From Nitrospiraceae bacterium (GTDB lineage: Bacteria; Nitrospirota; Nitrospiria; Nitrospirales; Nitrospiraceae): a stretch of DNA of 64,000 bases. Positions 28,128-37,123 of this stretch are shown in pieces; position 1 is the first letter of the stretch; each line of letters opens with the position of its first letter. Below the pieces are notes generated by a model, which did no database searches, was not told where the DNA came from, and saw nothing but the letters and a program-made list of their open reading frames with translations. Where the stretch lies: NCBI GenBank assembly GCA_919902505.1, contig CAKKRE010000028.1, positions 10,530-74,529 on the forward strand. The letters run 5' to 3'. Position numbers and translations under genes: made by a program.

Positions 28128-29660
28128 ATGTGGTCGGTGATCGTCCTGCTGACAGGGCCGGTACTTGCCGGTCTGCTCAGTCTGGTGATCCACCGCGCCC
28201 GGGTCCTGCACGTCGTCAACTTTTCGACGATGCTGGCGTTGGCCGTTGCCGAGACGGCGCTGACGAGGCAGGTGCTGGCCGAGGGATCGGTGACGACATT
28301 GGGCGGCTTTGTCTACGTGGACGCGCTCTCGGACTTTATTCTGGTGATCATCACGGCCATCGGCCTGTCCTGTTCCCTCTACATGTGGTCCTACATGGAC
28401 GATCGGGTCGCCCGGGGCGTCATCGCGCCGAAGCGTCTCGGTCACTTCTTTTTTCTCTTCCATATGTTCCTGTTTGCGATGGTCGCCGCGACGATGGCGA
28501 ACAGTCTGGGCGTGCAGTGGGTGGCGCTGGAGGGGACCACCCTGGCGACGACCTTCTTGATCGCGTTTTTCCGCAGGCGGGAGTCCCTCGAAGCCGGTTG
28601 GAAATATCTGATCCTCTGTTCGGTGGGCATCGCCCTCGCGCTCTTCGGCGTGGTGCTCACCTATTACTCCTCTGTGCGGGTCCTTGGCGATGCGAGCTCG
28701 GCGCTCAATATGACCGCGCTGATCGGCGTGGCCAACCAATTGGACCCCAATGTGCTCAAGCTGGCGTTTATTTTCATGCTCGTCGGTTATGGCACGAAAG
28801 TGGGCCTGGTTCCCATGCATACCTGGTTGCCCGATGCTTACAGCGAAGCGCCGGCGCCGATTGCGGCGATGTTGGCCGGGGTGTTGGAAACGGTGGCGGT
28901 CTATACCGTGTTGCGCAGCAAGGCGCTGGTGGACCAGGCGCTTCCCCCGGAGTTCACCGGCAATCTGCTGCTCACCTTCGGGTTGCTCTCGTTCATCGTG
29001 GCCTCTCTGTTCATCCTGATTCAGCACAACTACAAGCGGCTGTTTGCCTATTCGAGTATCGAACATATGGGGCTGGCCATGATCGGTTTTGGAGTCGGCG
29101 GGATGATCGGCACCTTTGGCGGCCTCTTTCACCTGCTCAATCACGCCGTGGCCAAAGCGCTGGCCTTTTTCGTCGCGGGCAATATCCATCGGCGATTCGA
29201 CACCTTGGAAATCGACGGGGTGCGAGGGCTGGCGCGTGCGCAGCCGATTACCGCCGTGGCGATTCTCGTGGCGGGTTGCGCGTTGGTCGGCTTACCTCCC
29301 TTCTCGCCGTTCGTCAGTGAGTTGCTGATCGTGTCGGCGGTGGCCGCGCAAGACTTTTCATCCGATACGATGCATGTCGGACGGTTTGTGACAATGACGA
29401 TCTCGGATGAGATGCGCAGCCTCGGCATCGTCGCGCTGTTTCTATTTTTCGCCGTGGTGTTGTTCGGTGGGTTTATGTTTCGCGTCGGGGCCATGGTGTG
29501 GGGCACTCCCCCGGCCGGTATCGCCCAGGGAGAGTCGTGGACCGCCGGCCATGTGTCGCTGATGATCATGATCGTCGCGTTGTTGGGGCTTGGGTTCGTT
29601 CTTCCTGAGCCGATTCAGATGCTGCTCACCAGGGCCGTCAACGTGATTGTGGTGAGGTGA
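28128..29660 (+). CDS. hyfF: HyfF-like antiporter subunit
   Basis: WVALEGTTL, EAGWKY, GTKVGLVPMHTWLPDAYSEAP, KRLFAYSSIEH. Confidence 0.9.
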   Translation: MWSVIVLLTGPVLAGLLSLVIHRARVLHVVNFSTMLALAVAETALTRQVLAEGSVTTLGGFVYVDALSDFILVIITAIGLSCSLYMWSYMDDRVARGVIAPKRLGHFFFLFHMFLFAMVAATMANSLGVQWVALEGTTLATTFLIAFFRRRESLEAGWKYLILCSVGIALALFGVVLTYYSSVRVLGDASSALNMTALIGVANQLDPNVLKLAFIFMLVGYGTKVGLVPMHTWLPDAYSEAPAPIAAMLAGVLETVAVYTVLRSKALVDQALPPEFTGNLLLTFGLLSFIVASLFILIQHNYKRLFAYSSIEHMGLAMIGFGVGGMIGTFGGLFHLLNHAVAKALAFFVAGNIHRRFDTLEIDGVRGLARAQPITAVAILVAGCALVGLPPFSPFVSELLIVSAVAAQDFSSDTMHVGRFVTMTISDEMRSLGIVALFLFFAVVLFGGFMFRVGAMVWGTPPAGIAQGESWTAGHVSLMIMIVALLGLGFVLPEPIQMLLTRAVNVIVVR

Positions 29661-29664
29661 CCGT

Positions 29665-31257
29665 ATGATCGACGCACGTCCGGCGGTCGAGCAGGTGCAG
29701 GCGGCGTTTACGCAGGCCATCACGGAGGTGTGCGCCGTTCACGGCGTCCCGATGCTCAGGGTGAAGAAGCAGGATCTGCCGACGATCGCCCATTTTCTGC
29801 ATACGAACCCGGGTTTGCGAGGATCGCTGTCGCTGCTCTGGGCGGTCGATCATCGCCCTCGCGAAGCGCGCTACGAACTCTGCTATCTCTTCACGTTGGC
29901 GGAACGCAAAGACTGGCTGCTGCTCGCGACGGATCTCTATGGCGATGAGCGGGAATTTCCCTCGATCACTCCTCACCTTCATGCGGCGAAATGGTACGAA
30001 CGGGAGATTCGGGATCTGTTCGGACTGATTCCGGTCGGCCATCCCGATCTGCGTCGGCTCGTTCGTCATGAACATTGGCCGAAGGGGTCCCACCCGCTGA
30101 AAAAAGATTTTCCCTGGGATCGGGTGTTAGGACGGGTGCAAGGGGAGTATGCCTTCCGGAAAATTCACGGTGAGGGGGTCTTCGAGGTTCCCGTCGGTCC
30201 CATCCATGCGGGCATCATTGAACCGGGCCATTTCCGGTTTTCGGTGGCCGGAGAGCCCATCATGCAGCTCGAAGTGCGTCATTTCTGGACACATCGCGGC
30301 GTTGAGAAATTGTTCGAGCAGCAGCGGTTGACCGAAGCGGTACCGTTGTCCGAACGCGTCTCCGGCGATACGAGCGTCGGCCATAGCCTGGCCTATTGCC
30401 AGGCCGTCGAGACGTTGCAGGGCGTGGAGGTCTCGCCCCGTGCCCGATATCTGCGCACGCTGTTTCTGGAGTTGGAGCGGTTGCACAACCACATCGGCGA
30501 TGTGGGAGCCATCTGCAATGACACCGCCTATGCCCTGGCCCATGCCCACTGCGGCCGGATGAAAGAGCAGCTCATGCAGCTCAACGATCGCTTGACCGGG
30601 TCGCGTTTTCTGCGTGGCGTCAATTGCGTCGGCGGAGTGGCGCTCGATCTGTCCGGCCTGCAGCTCGCGCAGGTGGAGGTGGAACTGAATACCCTTGAGC
30701 AGGATTTTTCGGCGATTGAAAAGATTGTGTTTGCGAACGCGTCGCTCACGGAACGGCTGGAGAACACAGGCATCCTTACGGAAGGGATCGCCTGGGATCA
30801 TGCGGTGATCGGTGTGGTAGGCCGGGCCTCCGGTATCGATCGAGATCTGCGTCGCGACCGGCCCTTTGCTGCGTACGACGTGCTGCAGCCGAAGGTCGCC
30901 CTCTACCGCTATGGGGATGTGCGCGCCAGGATGCGGGTGCGCCTGGATGAGATCCATGAGTCGATTCGTCTCATTCGCGAGGTCCGCCGCGGTCTCCCAC
31001 TGGGCCGGCTCGTGACCCGGCCGATGCACGAAGCACAGTCGGGTGTATGGGCGCTGTCGGCGGTCGAAGGATGGCGAGGCGAGATCCTCTATGTCGTCAT
31101 GGTCGGAGAAGCAGGGCGGATTCATCGCTGCAAAGTGCGCGATCCGTCCTTCGTGAATTGGCCGGCAATCCAATGGGCCGCACTCGGCAATATCGTGCCG
31201 GACTTTCCGTTGATCAATAAGAGTTTCAATTTGTCGTACGCGGGGAACGATCTGTGA
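29665..31257 (+). CDS. hyfG: HyfG-like large subunit (NuoC+NuoD fusion) lacking NiFe ligands (Ehr)
   Basis: WYEREIRDLFG, GPIHAGIIEPGHF, ELERL, EGWRGE; the L1 position reads ERVSGD (no Cys) and the C-terminus SFNLSYAGNDL has no DPCxxC. Confidence 0.9.
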   Translation: MIDARPAVEQVQAAFTQAITEVCAVHGVPMLRVKKQDLPTIAHFLHTNPGLRGSLSLLWAVDHRPREARYELCYLFTLAERKDWLLLATDLYGDEREFPSITPHLHAAKWYEREIRDLFGLIPVGHPDLRRLVRHEHWPKGSHPLKKDFPWDRVLGRVQGEYAFRKIHGEGVFEVPVGPIHAGIIEPGHFRFSVAGEPIMQLEVRHFWTHRGVEKLFEQQRLTEAVPLSERVSGDTSVGHSLAYCQAVETLQGVEVSPRARYLRTLFLELERLHNHIGDVGAICNDTAYALAHAHCGRMKEQLMQLNDRLTGSRFLRGVNCVGGVALDLSGLQLAQVEVELNTLEQDFSAIEKIVFANASLTERLENTGILTEGIAWDHAVIGVVGRASGIDRDLRRDRPFAAYDVLQPKVALYRYGDVRARMRVRLDEIHESIRLIREVRRGLPLGRLVTRPMHEAQSGVWALSAVEGWRGEILYVVMVGEAGRIHRCKVRDPSFVNWPAIQWAALGNIVPDFPLINKSFNLSYAGNDL

Positions 31258-31334
31258 GAAACAGGCATTCAGCAATCCGCCCTCAGCAGCCGGCTCTGAG
31301 CTGAGAACTGATCGCTGATGGCTAAGGAGGCGCC

Positions 31335-31856
31335 ATGTTTCGAATCCTCAAAAAAAGTCTTCAGACCGGTGTCGTCACGGGGCAACATCCTGCCGGAGGC
31401 GCACCTTCGGAGCCGGTCAGCCAGGACGCCATCGAAAAGGCCAAGCCGTTCCGGCGCTCGATGACGATCCGTGAAGTCGATACGGGTTCCTGTAACGCCT
31501 GCGAGATGGAAATGAATGCGCTGGCCAATCCGGTCTACGACGTGGAGCGGTTCGGAGTCCATATTGCCGCATCGCCTCGCCATGCCGATGCCCTGGTCGT
31601 CACCGGGCCGGTGACCGTCAATATGGAACGAGCGCTGAAGGATGTGTACAAGGCAACGCCAGACCCCAAGATCGTCATCGCGGTGGGAGACTGTGCCGTG
31701 ACCTGCGGCATGTTCAAGGGAAGTTATGCGGTGACGGGTCCGGTGGATCGGCATATCCCCGTCGATGTGCGTATTCCTGGTTGCCCCCCGCGCCCGGCCG
31801 AAATCCTCGCGGTGCTAGCGAAGCTTCGCCAGGATGATCCTGACGCAGATACATGA
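31335..31856 (+). CDS. hyfI: HyfI/NuoB-like Fe-S small subunit
   Basis: TGSCNACE, SPRHADAL, GDCA, PGCPP; AAGGAGG RBS. Confidence 0.92.
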   Translation: MFRILKKSLQTGVVTGQHPAGGAPSEPVSQDAIEKAKPFRRSMTIREVDTGSCNACEMEMNALANPVYDVERFGVHIAASPRHADALVVTGPVTVNMERALKDVYKATPDPKIVIAVGDCAVTCGMFKGSYAVTGPVDRHIPVDVRIPGCPPRPAEILAVLAKLRQDDPDADT

Positions 31857-31992
31857 CGATTCGACGCCATGTCAGCCTCCACTTTTCCTTTTCATTCTCT
31901 CTTCAATTCGGCTTTAATCTTGTCCTGATTCCAGGCCACTAGAAGTGTCGGTGTAATTCGCGCATGAGGCTCTGCCGAACGGTGAGCAGGAC

Positions 31993-33225
31993 ATGAGGTT
32001 CGGTCGATATCTGCATCCAATTGCCCGTACGGGTCTGTCGAAGGCCCCGCGCTATTGGGCCGTCCGTATCGTGTGGCTGATCATATCCTGGGCATTGCTG
32101 GTGCCGGCTGCTGCGGCCGACCCCGGCTCCGTACCGACTGTCACGACGGGAAGCGGCGCCGAAGCGAGCCTCTGGCATTACGGGGCCTACCTTGACGTCG
32201 GCTATGTCGTCAATCTCAACTTTCCGGAAAATCATCTGTGGCGGAACCGTGCGACGGCGGCGCGGCACAATGAGTTTGCGCCCAATATGGCCTTGGCTTA
32301 TGTTCGGAAAGACGCGAAGGAATCATCGCGTTGGGGCATGGAACTCGGTGTGCAAGGTGGCTACGACTCCGAACGCTTTGCGTTTTTACAGGGTGAGCGT
32401 GCGGTCGGCGGGGCTGATACACTGCGGCACATTCATCGCGCAAATGTGTCCTATCTGGCTCCGGTCGGCAATGGCCTGACGATTACCGCCGGGTTGTTCA
32501 ACAGTCTGATCGGCTACGAGTCGCTCTATGCGAAGGACAATGTGAACTATACCCGGTCATGGATCGCCGATAACACGCCCTACATGATGTTCGGCATCAA
32601 TGCGAAGTATCCGGTCAATGACCGTCTTACCGTGGCCGCGTTCGTGATCAATCGATATTTTCATCTCGCCTATACCAACGACCAACCGAGTTATGGGGGG
32701 CAGTGGGCCTACAAAGCGACCCCGCAACTCACCCTGACCCAGACAGTCTACGGAGGGCCGGATCAGACCAACACGGCACTGCAATTCTGGCGTTTCTACG
32801 CGAATCACATCGTCGAATGGAAAGGGGACAGCCTGACGCTTGCGGCTTCGTACGATATCGGAACTGAGAATATCGCCGACCGGCCCGGACACCCACGCGC
32901 ATTTGTGACCGGTGGGAACATCGTCGCGCGGTGGCAAGTCACTGGTCCTTGGGCTCTCGCGGTCCGGCCGGAGTTCTATTGGGACCGGAACGGCCGTTGG
33001 ACCGGCTCGGAGCAATTCGTCAAGGCCGTGACCTCAACGATCGAATATCGAATTCCCTACAAGTGGACCAACACGACGCTGCGGCTTGAACATCGATGGG
33101 ACGAATCGACCGGGGCGGGCGGGGGATTCTTCAGGCGTGGGGAGATCCAGCCTGGTGTGCTGAGCCTGACGCCGAATCAGCATCTGGTATTGCTGGGCAT
33201 TCTCTGGACCTTCGACAGTCCGTGA
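31993..33225 (+). CDS. Outer-membrane beta-barrel porin-like protein
   Basis: Signal peptide, amphipathic aromatic-rich strands, C-terminal LWTFDSP; motif IGYESLYAKDNVNYTRS. Confidence 0.8.
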   Translation: MRFGRYLHPIARTGLSKAPRYWAVRIVWLIISWALLVPAAAADPGSVPTVTTGSGAEASLWHYGAYLDVGYVVNLNFPENHLWRNRATAARHNEFAPNMALAYVRKDAKESSRWGMELGVQGGYDSERFAFLQGERAVGGADTLRHIHRANVSYLAPVGNGLTITAGLFNSLIGYESLYAKDNVNYTRSWIADNTPYMMFGINAKYPVNDRLTVAAFVINRYFHLAYTNDQPSYGGQWAYKATPQLTLTQTVYGGPDQTNTALQFWRFYANHIVEWKGDSLTLAASYDIGTENIADRPGHPRAFVTGGNIVARWQVTGPWALAVRPEFYWDRNGRWTGSEQFVKAVTSTIEYRIPYKWTNTTLRLEHRWDESTGAGGGFFRRGEIQPGVLSLTPNQHLVLLGILWTFDSP

Positions 33226-33227
33226 CT

Positions 33228-33347
33228 GGGCGCTGAACATGGCTTCGGGTTTCGTTCTCGCTTCGCTCAAGCCTTCGACGTACTGCCGGGAGTACGCCTC
33301 AGCCTCTCGCTTACTGCGGCCTTGCCCGACAGCCATGTTGAGCGCCC
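33228..33347. repeat. About 120-bp palindromic element, same family as 62541-62665
   Basis: 17-bp closing stem with 1 mismatch (gggcgctgaacatggct / agccatgttgagcgccc); core hairpin cgtactgccgggagtacg at 33279-33296. Confidence 0.8.
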
Positions 33348-33446
33348 GAGAGACCAAGGTTCCGCGGCGGGCTTCGGTCTCACCTGCCTCGCTACGATGC
33401 GCAGAAAGCATCCGGGTCACAACCGAAATGAGGAGCGGTAGAAGCC

Positions 33447-34178
33447 TTACTTAATCGCTCTCTGCTTTTCCCTCAAGAGCCGGAGCATTTCGGTGAGTTC
33501 TTTGCCGAACCGTTCGAGCGCCACGTCCTTGGCTTCGGCCACTGCGGTCTTGTCCTCAAGCGATGGCGCCGGGCCCATGAGCGTCGTTTCCCCTTCCGCT
33601 GTTTGGGTGCCGTACAGATAACCTGTCCGGACATCCCATAACGTACCCTCCATCATGAACAATGCATGGCTTTCGGTGCCGTGGGCGAAGTAGGCGCCGA
33701 TGCCGGTGGCGTACCAGGCGGCATGACTATTGTTATATCGCTCGACGGCGGAGGCCCCATCGATGATCAGAAGCGCATCGGCGTTGTAGCGGGCGGCGGC
33801 CAGGCGAATGTCACGGAGTGTGGTCCCCTGGACCGTGGAGTTGGCGAGCAGGAAACTCTGTTGAAGAATGCCCTCTTCCTGTACCGGCGCGAGCGCACGC
33901 TGCACTCGGTCAGTGTCCGCGCCGACCCAGTCCACTCGTTGCAGCGCCGGCCGGCTCGGAAAGTCCCTGTGTTTGAAAAAGACGGCCAAGCGATAGGGGG
34001 TGGGCAGGCCTGATTGCATCGCCATGGTGGCTGCAATATCCCGGTCGGTGACCACCTCGGGGTGATCGTGAAACGATTCCTGCAGAAGCTGCCGGTTCAG
34101 ACCTCGGGCTCCGGTGCAGGCAGCGACCATGATTGGCAACAGAAGGAGGAAAAGAATGCGCAGAGGAACGGTTCTCAT
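33447..34178 (-). CDS. Hypothetical lipoprotein
   Basis: Hydrophobic leader ending in the lipobox VAAC. Confidence 0.75.
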   Translation of the reverse strand: MRTVPLRILFLLLLPIMVAACTGARGLNRQLLQESFHDHPEVVTDRDIAATMAMQSGLPTPYRLAVFFKHRDFPSRPALQRVDWVGADTDRVQRALAPVQEEGILQQSFLLANSTVQGTTLRDIRLAAARYNADALLIIDGASAVERYNNSHAAWYATGIGAYFAHGTESHALFMMEGTLWDVRTGYLYGTQTAEGETTLMGPAPSLEDKTAVAEAKDVALERFGKELTEMLRLLREKQRAIK

Positions 34179-34185
34179 ACAACTC

Positions 34186-35142
34186 CTATGACGATGTCGA
34201 GGCAATGGGCCTGGTCGGATCGATCTGCGACAGATCTTCCAATGCCAGCATCAAGGCATGGGTGCCGGATCGGCCATGGCCGAGCGTCTGAACCTTTTCA
34301 TATAATTGATGCGCGAGTGTGAGTCCGGGCAAGGTGAGCTGTCGCCGTCGAGCCTCTTCCAGCGCAATGCCCATGTCTTTGATGAAATGTTCGACGAAGA
34401 AACCGGGATCGAAATTGCGGGCTAGAATTCGAGGCGCCAGATTGTCGAGTGTCCAACAGGCGGCAGCGCCGCCGCGAATGGATTGCAACATTCGATCGAG
34501 GTCCAGCCCCGCCTTATAGCCATACAGCAGACTCTCGCACACGCCGATCATGGTGCCGGCGATCACGATTTGATTGCAGAGCTTCGTGTGTTGTCCCGTA
34601 CCTGCATCGCCCTGGTGCACGATTTTCCTGCCGAGGCATTCCAGCAGGGGCATGATGGCATGAACCGCTTTGGTGGCCCCTCCGACCATGATGGAGAGTG
34701 TGGCGTTTCGCGCACCGACATCGCCTCCGGAGACCGGCGCGTCCACGGCAAAGGCCCCGCGCGATTGAGCCGCCAGGGCGATCTCCTGCGCGAGCGACGG
34801 TTCCGTGGTGGTCATATCGATGAGCACCATACCGGGCCTTGCGCCTGCCAATACCCCCTGCTCACCGAAGTACACTTCTCGCACATCCCGGGGGAATCCC
34901 ACCATCGTGATGACCACGTCTGTCTGTTCCGCCACGGCGCGAGGTGAGTCCGCCCACGTGGCGCCCTTGGCGAGAATCGGAGAGGCTTTGCCGCGATTTC
35001 TGGTGTAGAGCGTGAGTCGATAATGGGCAGCCTGGAGATGCTGACACATGGGTGTCCCCATCACGCCGGTGCCGATCCAGCCGACGTGTGTCTCAGTGGG
35101 AGTCACGGGGCGGGGAGATTCTTCAGGGAGAGGATGCGCCAT
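34186..35142 (-). CDS. NAD(P)-dependent 3-hydroxyisobutyrate dehydrogenase / tartronate-semialdehyde reductase family
   Basis: GWIGTGVMG, DAPVSGG, catalytic Lys in TKLCNQ, PGFFVEHFIKDM. Confidence 0.92.
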   Translation of the reverse strand: MAHPLPEESPRPVTPTETHVGWIGTGVMGTPMCQHLQAAHYRLTLYTRNRGKASPILAKGATWADSPRAVAEQTDVVITMVGFPRDVREVYFGEQGVLAGARPGMVLIDMTTTEPSLAQEIALAAQSRGAFAVDAPVSGGDVGARNATLSIMVGGATKAVHAIMPLLECLGRKIVHQGDAGTGQHTKLCNQIVIAGTMIGVCESLLYGYKAGLDLDRMLQSIRGGAAACWTLDNLAPRILARNFDPGFFVEHFIKDMGIALEEARRRQLTLPGLTLAHQLYEKVQTLGHGRSGTHALMLALEDLSQIDPTRPIASTSS

Positions 35143-35145
35143 GAG

Positions 35146-35589
35146 TTATTCCACCAGCGGCGTAATCCGGTTCGCGATTGCTTGCACGACGCCCTCTTGA
35201 TCCATCGCGATCTTTCCACCTTTGAAGCTCAAGGCATAACCTCCATGGCTCGGGGCCTGGACCGTGGCGTCCACCGCCACGCGCGCCCCGTCTTCCACGT
35301 CGGGGTCTTTCACCATCGGTACCCCGCACAGCCCCGGCACGGCGACGGGCAACGTGGCCGTGTCATCTTCCAGGCTGAAAAGGTAGCCGCCATAACAGGT
35401 CGAGCCGGCGGGGATCTCATAGGGATCGAGCGGCTGGACGTTGCGTACCGTCCCCCGCAGGGTGATCTGACGCAAGTGGAACAGAGCGGGATCGGCCAGC
35501 ACCTCTTGCACGGTCACAGCTTCCTGAGCGGCGACCATGCCGGTATGTGGGACGAGGAAGATCGTCATGCAAGAGAGTAGCCTCGCCAT
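35146..35589 (-). CDS. Exported hypothetical protein (possible OB fold)
   Basis: Signal peptide; ITLRGTVRNV strand pattern; two Cys. Confidence 0.6.
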   Translation of the reverse strand: MARLLSCMTIFLVPHTGMVAAQEAVTVQEVLADPALFHLRQITLRGTVRNVQPLDPYEIPAGSTCYGGYLFSLEDDTATLPVAVPGLCGVPMVKDPDVEDGARVAVDATVQAPSHGGYALSFKGGKIAMDQEGVVQAIANRITPLVE

Positions 35590-35722
35590 GAGGCTGCTCC
35601 GGGTCTGGGGAAAATCGTGGATCATCGAGAGCATTCTACCATTCTTTGTTTCGATCATCGCCCTCATAGGCTTTCGTTCTGCGAGTCGATATAATCGCCG
35701 GCGATCACAGGGAGGCACAGCG

Positions 35723-37093
35723 ATGAGCGACTTGCAGCGACAGTTAGATATCTACATCAAGGACGCTCGCCCGCGCTACGAAGACATGCTCGGGCAGGCC
35801 GTCGAAATTCCCTCTATCAGCATGGATCCTCACCATGCGCCGGATGTGCGACGGATGGCGGAGTTGGCGGCGCAATATCTGCGGGCTGCCGGCGCGGAGG
35901 CCCACATCGTCGAGACCCCGGGCTATCCGGTTGTGTCAGGTGGATGGACGGTCGATCCGAGTTACCCGACCGTCACCGTCTACAATCACATGGATGTTCA
36001 GCCGGCGCAGGAGCCGGAATGGAAACAGGCCCCCTTCGCGTTTCAGAACGAGAGCGGCATCTACCGCGGGCGCGGGGCGACGGACGACAAGGGCCCGGCG
36101 TTGGCGGCCTTGTTCGGCGCGCGCTATGCGATCGAGCAGGGGGTGCCCATCAACGTGCGATTCTTGTGGGAACTGGAAGAGGAAAACGGCAGTCCGAGTT
36201 TTGCGGCGGCTATCAGGAATCGCGCGGCAATCCCACGTCCGGACTCGGTGGTGATTTCGGATACGATCTGGCTGTCGAAGAATCAGCCCGCGATGCCCTA
36301 TGGGCTACGCGGTTTGCTCGGCGCGCGCCTCGTCCTGCGGACCGGCTCCAAGGACGCCCATTCGGGTGTGACCGGCGGAGCGGCGCGTAATCCGCTGGCC
36401 GAGTTGATGGACATTGTCCATGCCTGCGTGGATGCCAAGACCGGTAAGGTGAAGATTCCGGGCTTCTATGAAGATGTGGTCGAGCCGACAAAGGCAGAGA
36501 TCAAGAGTTTCCTGCAGTCGGGATTTCAAGTCAATCGTTTCAAGCAAGCCTATGGATTCAAGACGCTTCGCACCCAGGATCCGGCAGATGTCATGCGACG
36601 TATTTGGGCCGCGCCGACGTTTGAAGTGCACGGTCTCGTCGGCGGCTACCACGGACCGGGGGTGAAAACGGTGGTGCCGGGGCATGGGGAGCTGAAGGTC
36701 AGTATGCGGCTGGTGCCGAACCAGACTCCGGAGAAGGCTTTTGCGCTGCTCAAGAAACATGTCGCCAAGTTGAATCCGGATGTGAAGGTCGAGCGCGAGG
36801 GGATGCTGCATCCGTTCAGAGGCGTGTTTGACGGGCCGTACGTCGATGCGGTGAAGCGAGCGGTGAAGGCGGGATTCGGCAAGGAGCCGGCCTTTATCCG
36901 CGAAGGCGGCTCGATCGGCGCGGTGGTGACGATGCAGAAAGCCTGGAACGTTCCGATTCTGTTCATGGGCCTGAGCCTGCCCGAGCACGGCTACCATGCG
37001 CCGAACGAGTATTTCGACTGGGGTCAGGCCTCAGGCGGCATGAAAGCCTTCGTGCATTATTTGGGAGAGCTGGCGAAGATGGGAAAGAGGTAA
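35723..37093 (+). CDS. M20/M25/M40 metallo-dipeptidase
   Basis: GGAGG RBS; YNHMDVQPA, GRGATDDKG, ELEEE, GGSIG, HAPNE. Confidence 0.93.
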   Translation: MSDLQRQLDIYIKDARPRYEDMLGQAVEIPSISMDPHHAPDVRRMAELAAQYLRAAGAEAHIVETPGYPVVSGGWTVDPSYPTVTVYNHMDVQPAQEPEWKQAPFAFQNESGIYRGRGATDDKGPALAALFGARYAIEQGVPINVRFLWELEEENGSPSFAAAIRNRAAIPRPDSVVISDTIWLSKNQPAMPYGLRGLLGARLVLRTGSKDAHSGVTGGAARNPLAELMDIVHACVDAKTGKVKIPGFYEDVVEPTKAEIKSFLQSGFQVNRFKQAYGFKTLRTQDPADVMRRIWAAPTFEVHGLVGGYHGPGVKTVVPGHGELKVSMRLVPNQTPEKAFALLKKHVAKLNPDVKVEREGMLHPFRGVFDGPYVDAVKRAVKAGFGKEPAFIREGGSIGAVVTMQKAWNVPILFMGLSLPEHGYHAPNEYFDWGQASGGMKAFVHYLGELAKMGKR

Positions 37094-37123
37094 GCGAGAA
37101 ACGGACTCAGTTGGAGGATATCG

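Noticed and set aside
29665-31257. Functional [NiFe]-hydrogenase or formate hydrogenlyase
   Set aside because: Both CxxC metal-binding motifs are absent, and no hyp or fdhF genes are in the window
27909-31275. Long minus-strand ORFs (27909-29189, 30127-31275)
   Set aside because: Antisense shadows of hyfF/hyfG, typical of high-GC DNA
31269-31323. tcagc/gctga short palindromic run between hyfG and hyfI
   Set aside because: Short and degenerate with no second copy seen; at most an mRNA hairpin
33228-33420. CRISPR repeat, or ORFs 33034-33420 and 33239-33454
   Set aside because: The repeats are dispersed with no repeat-spacer periodicity and no cas genes; the ORFs merely read through the palindrome
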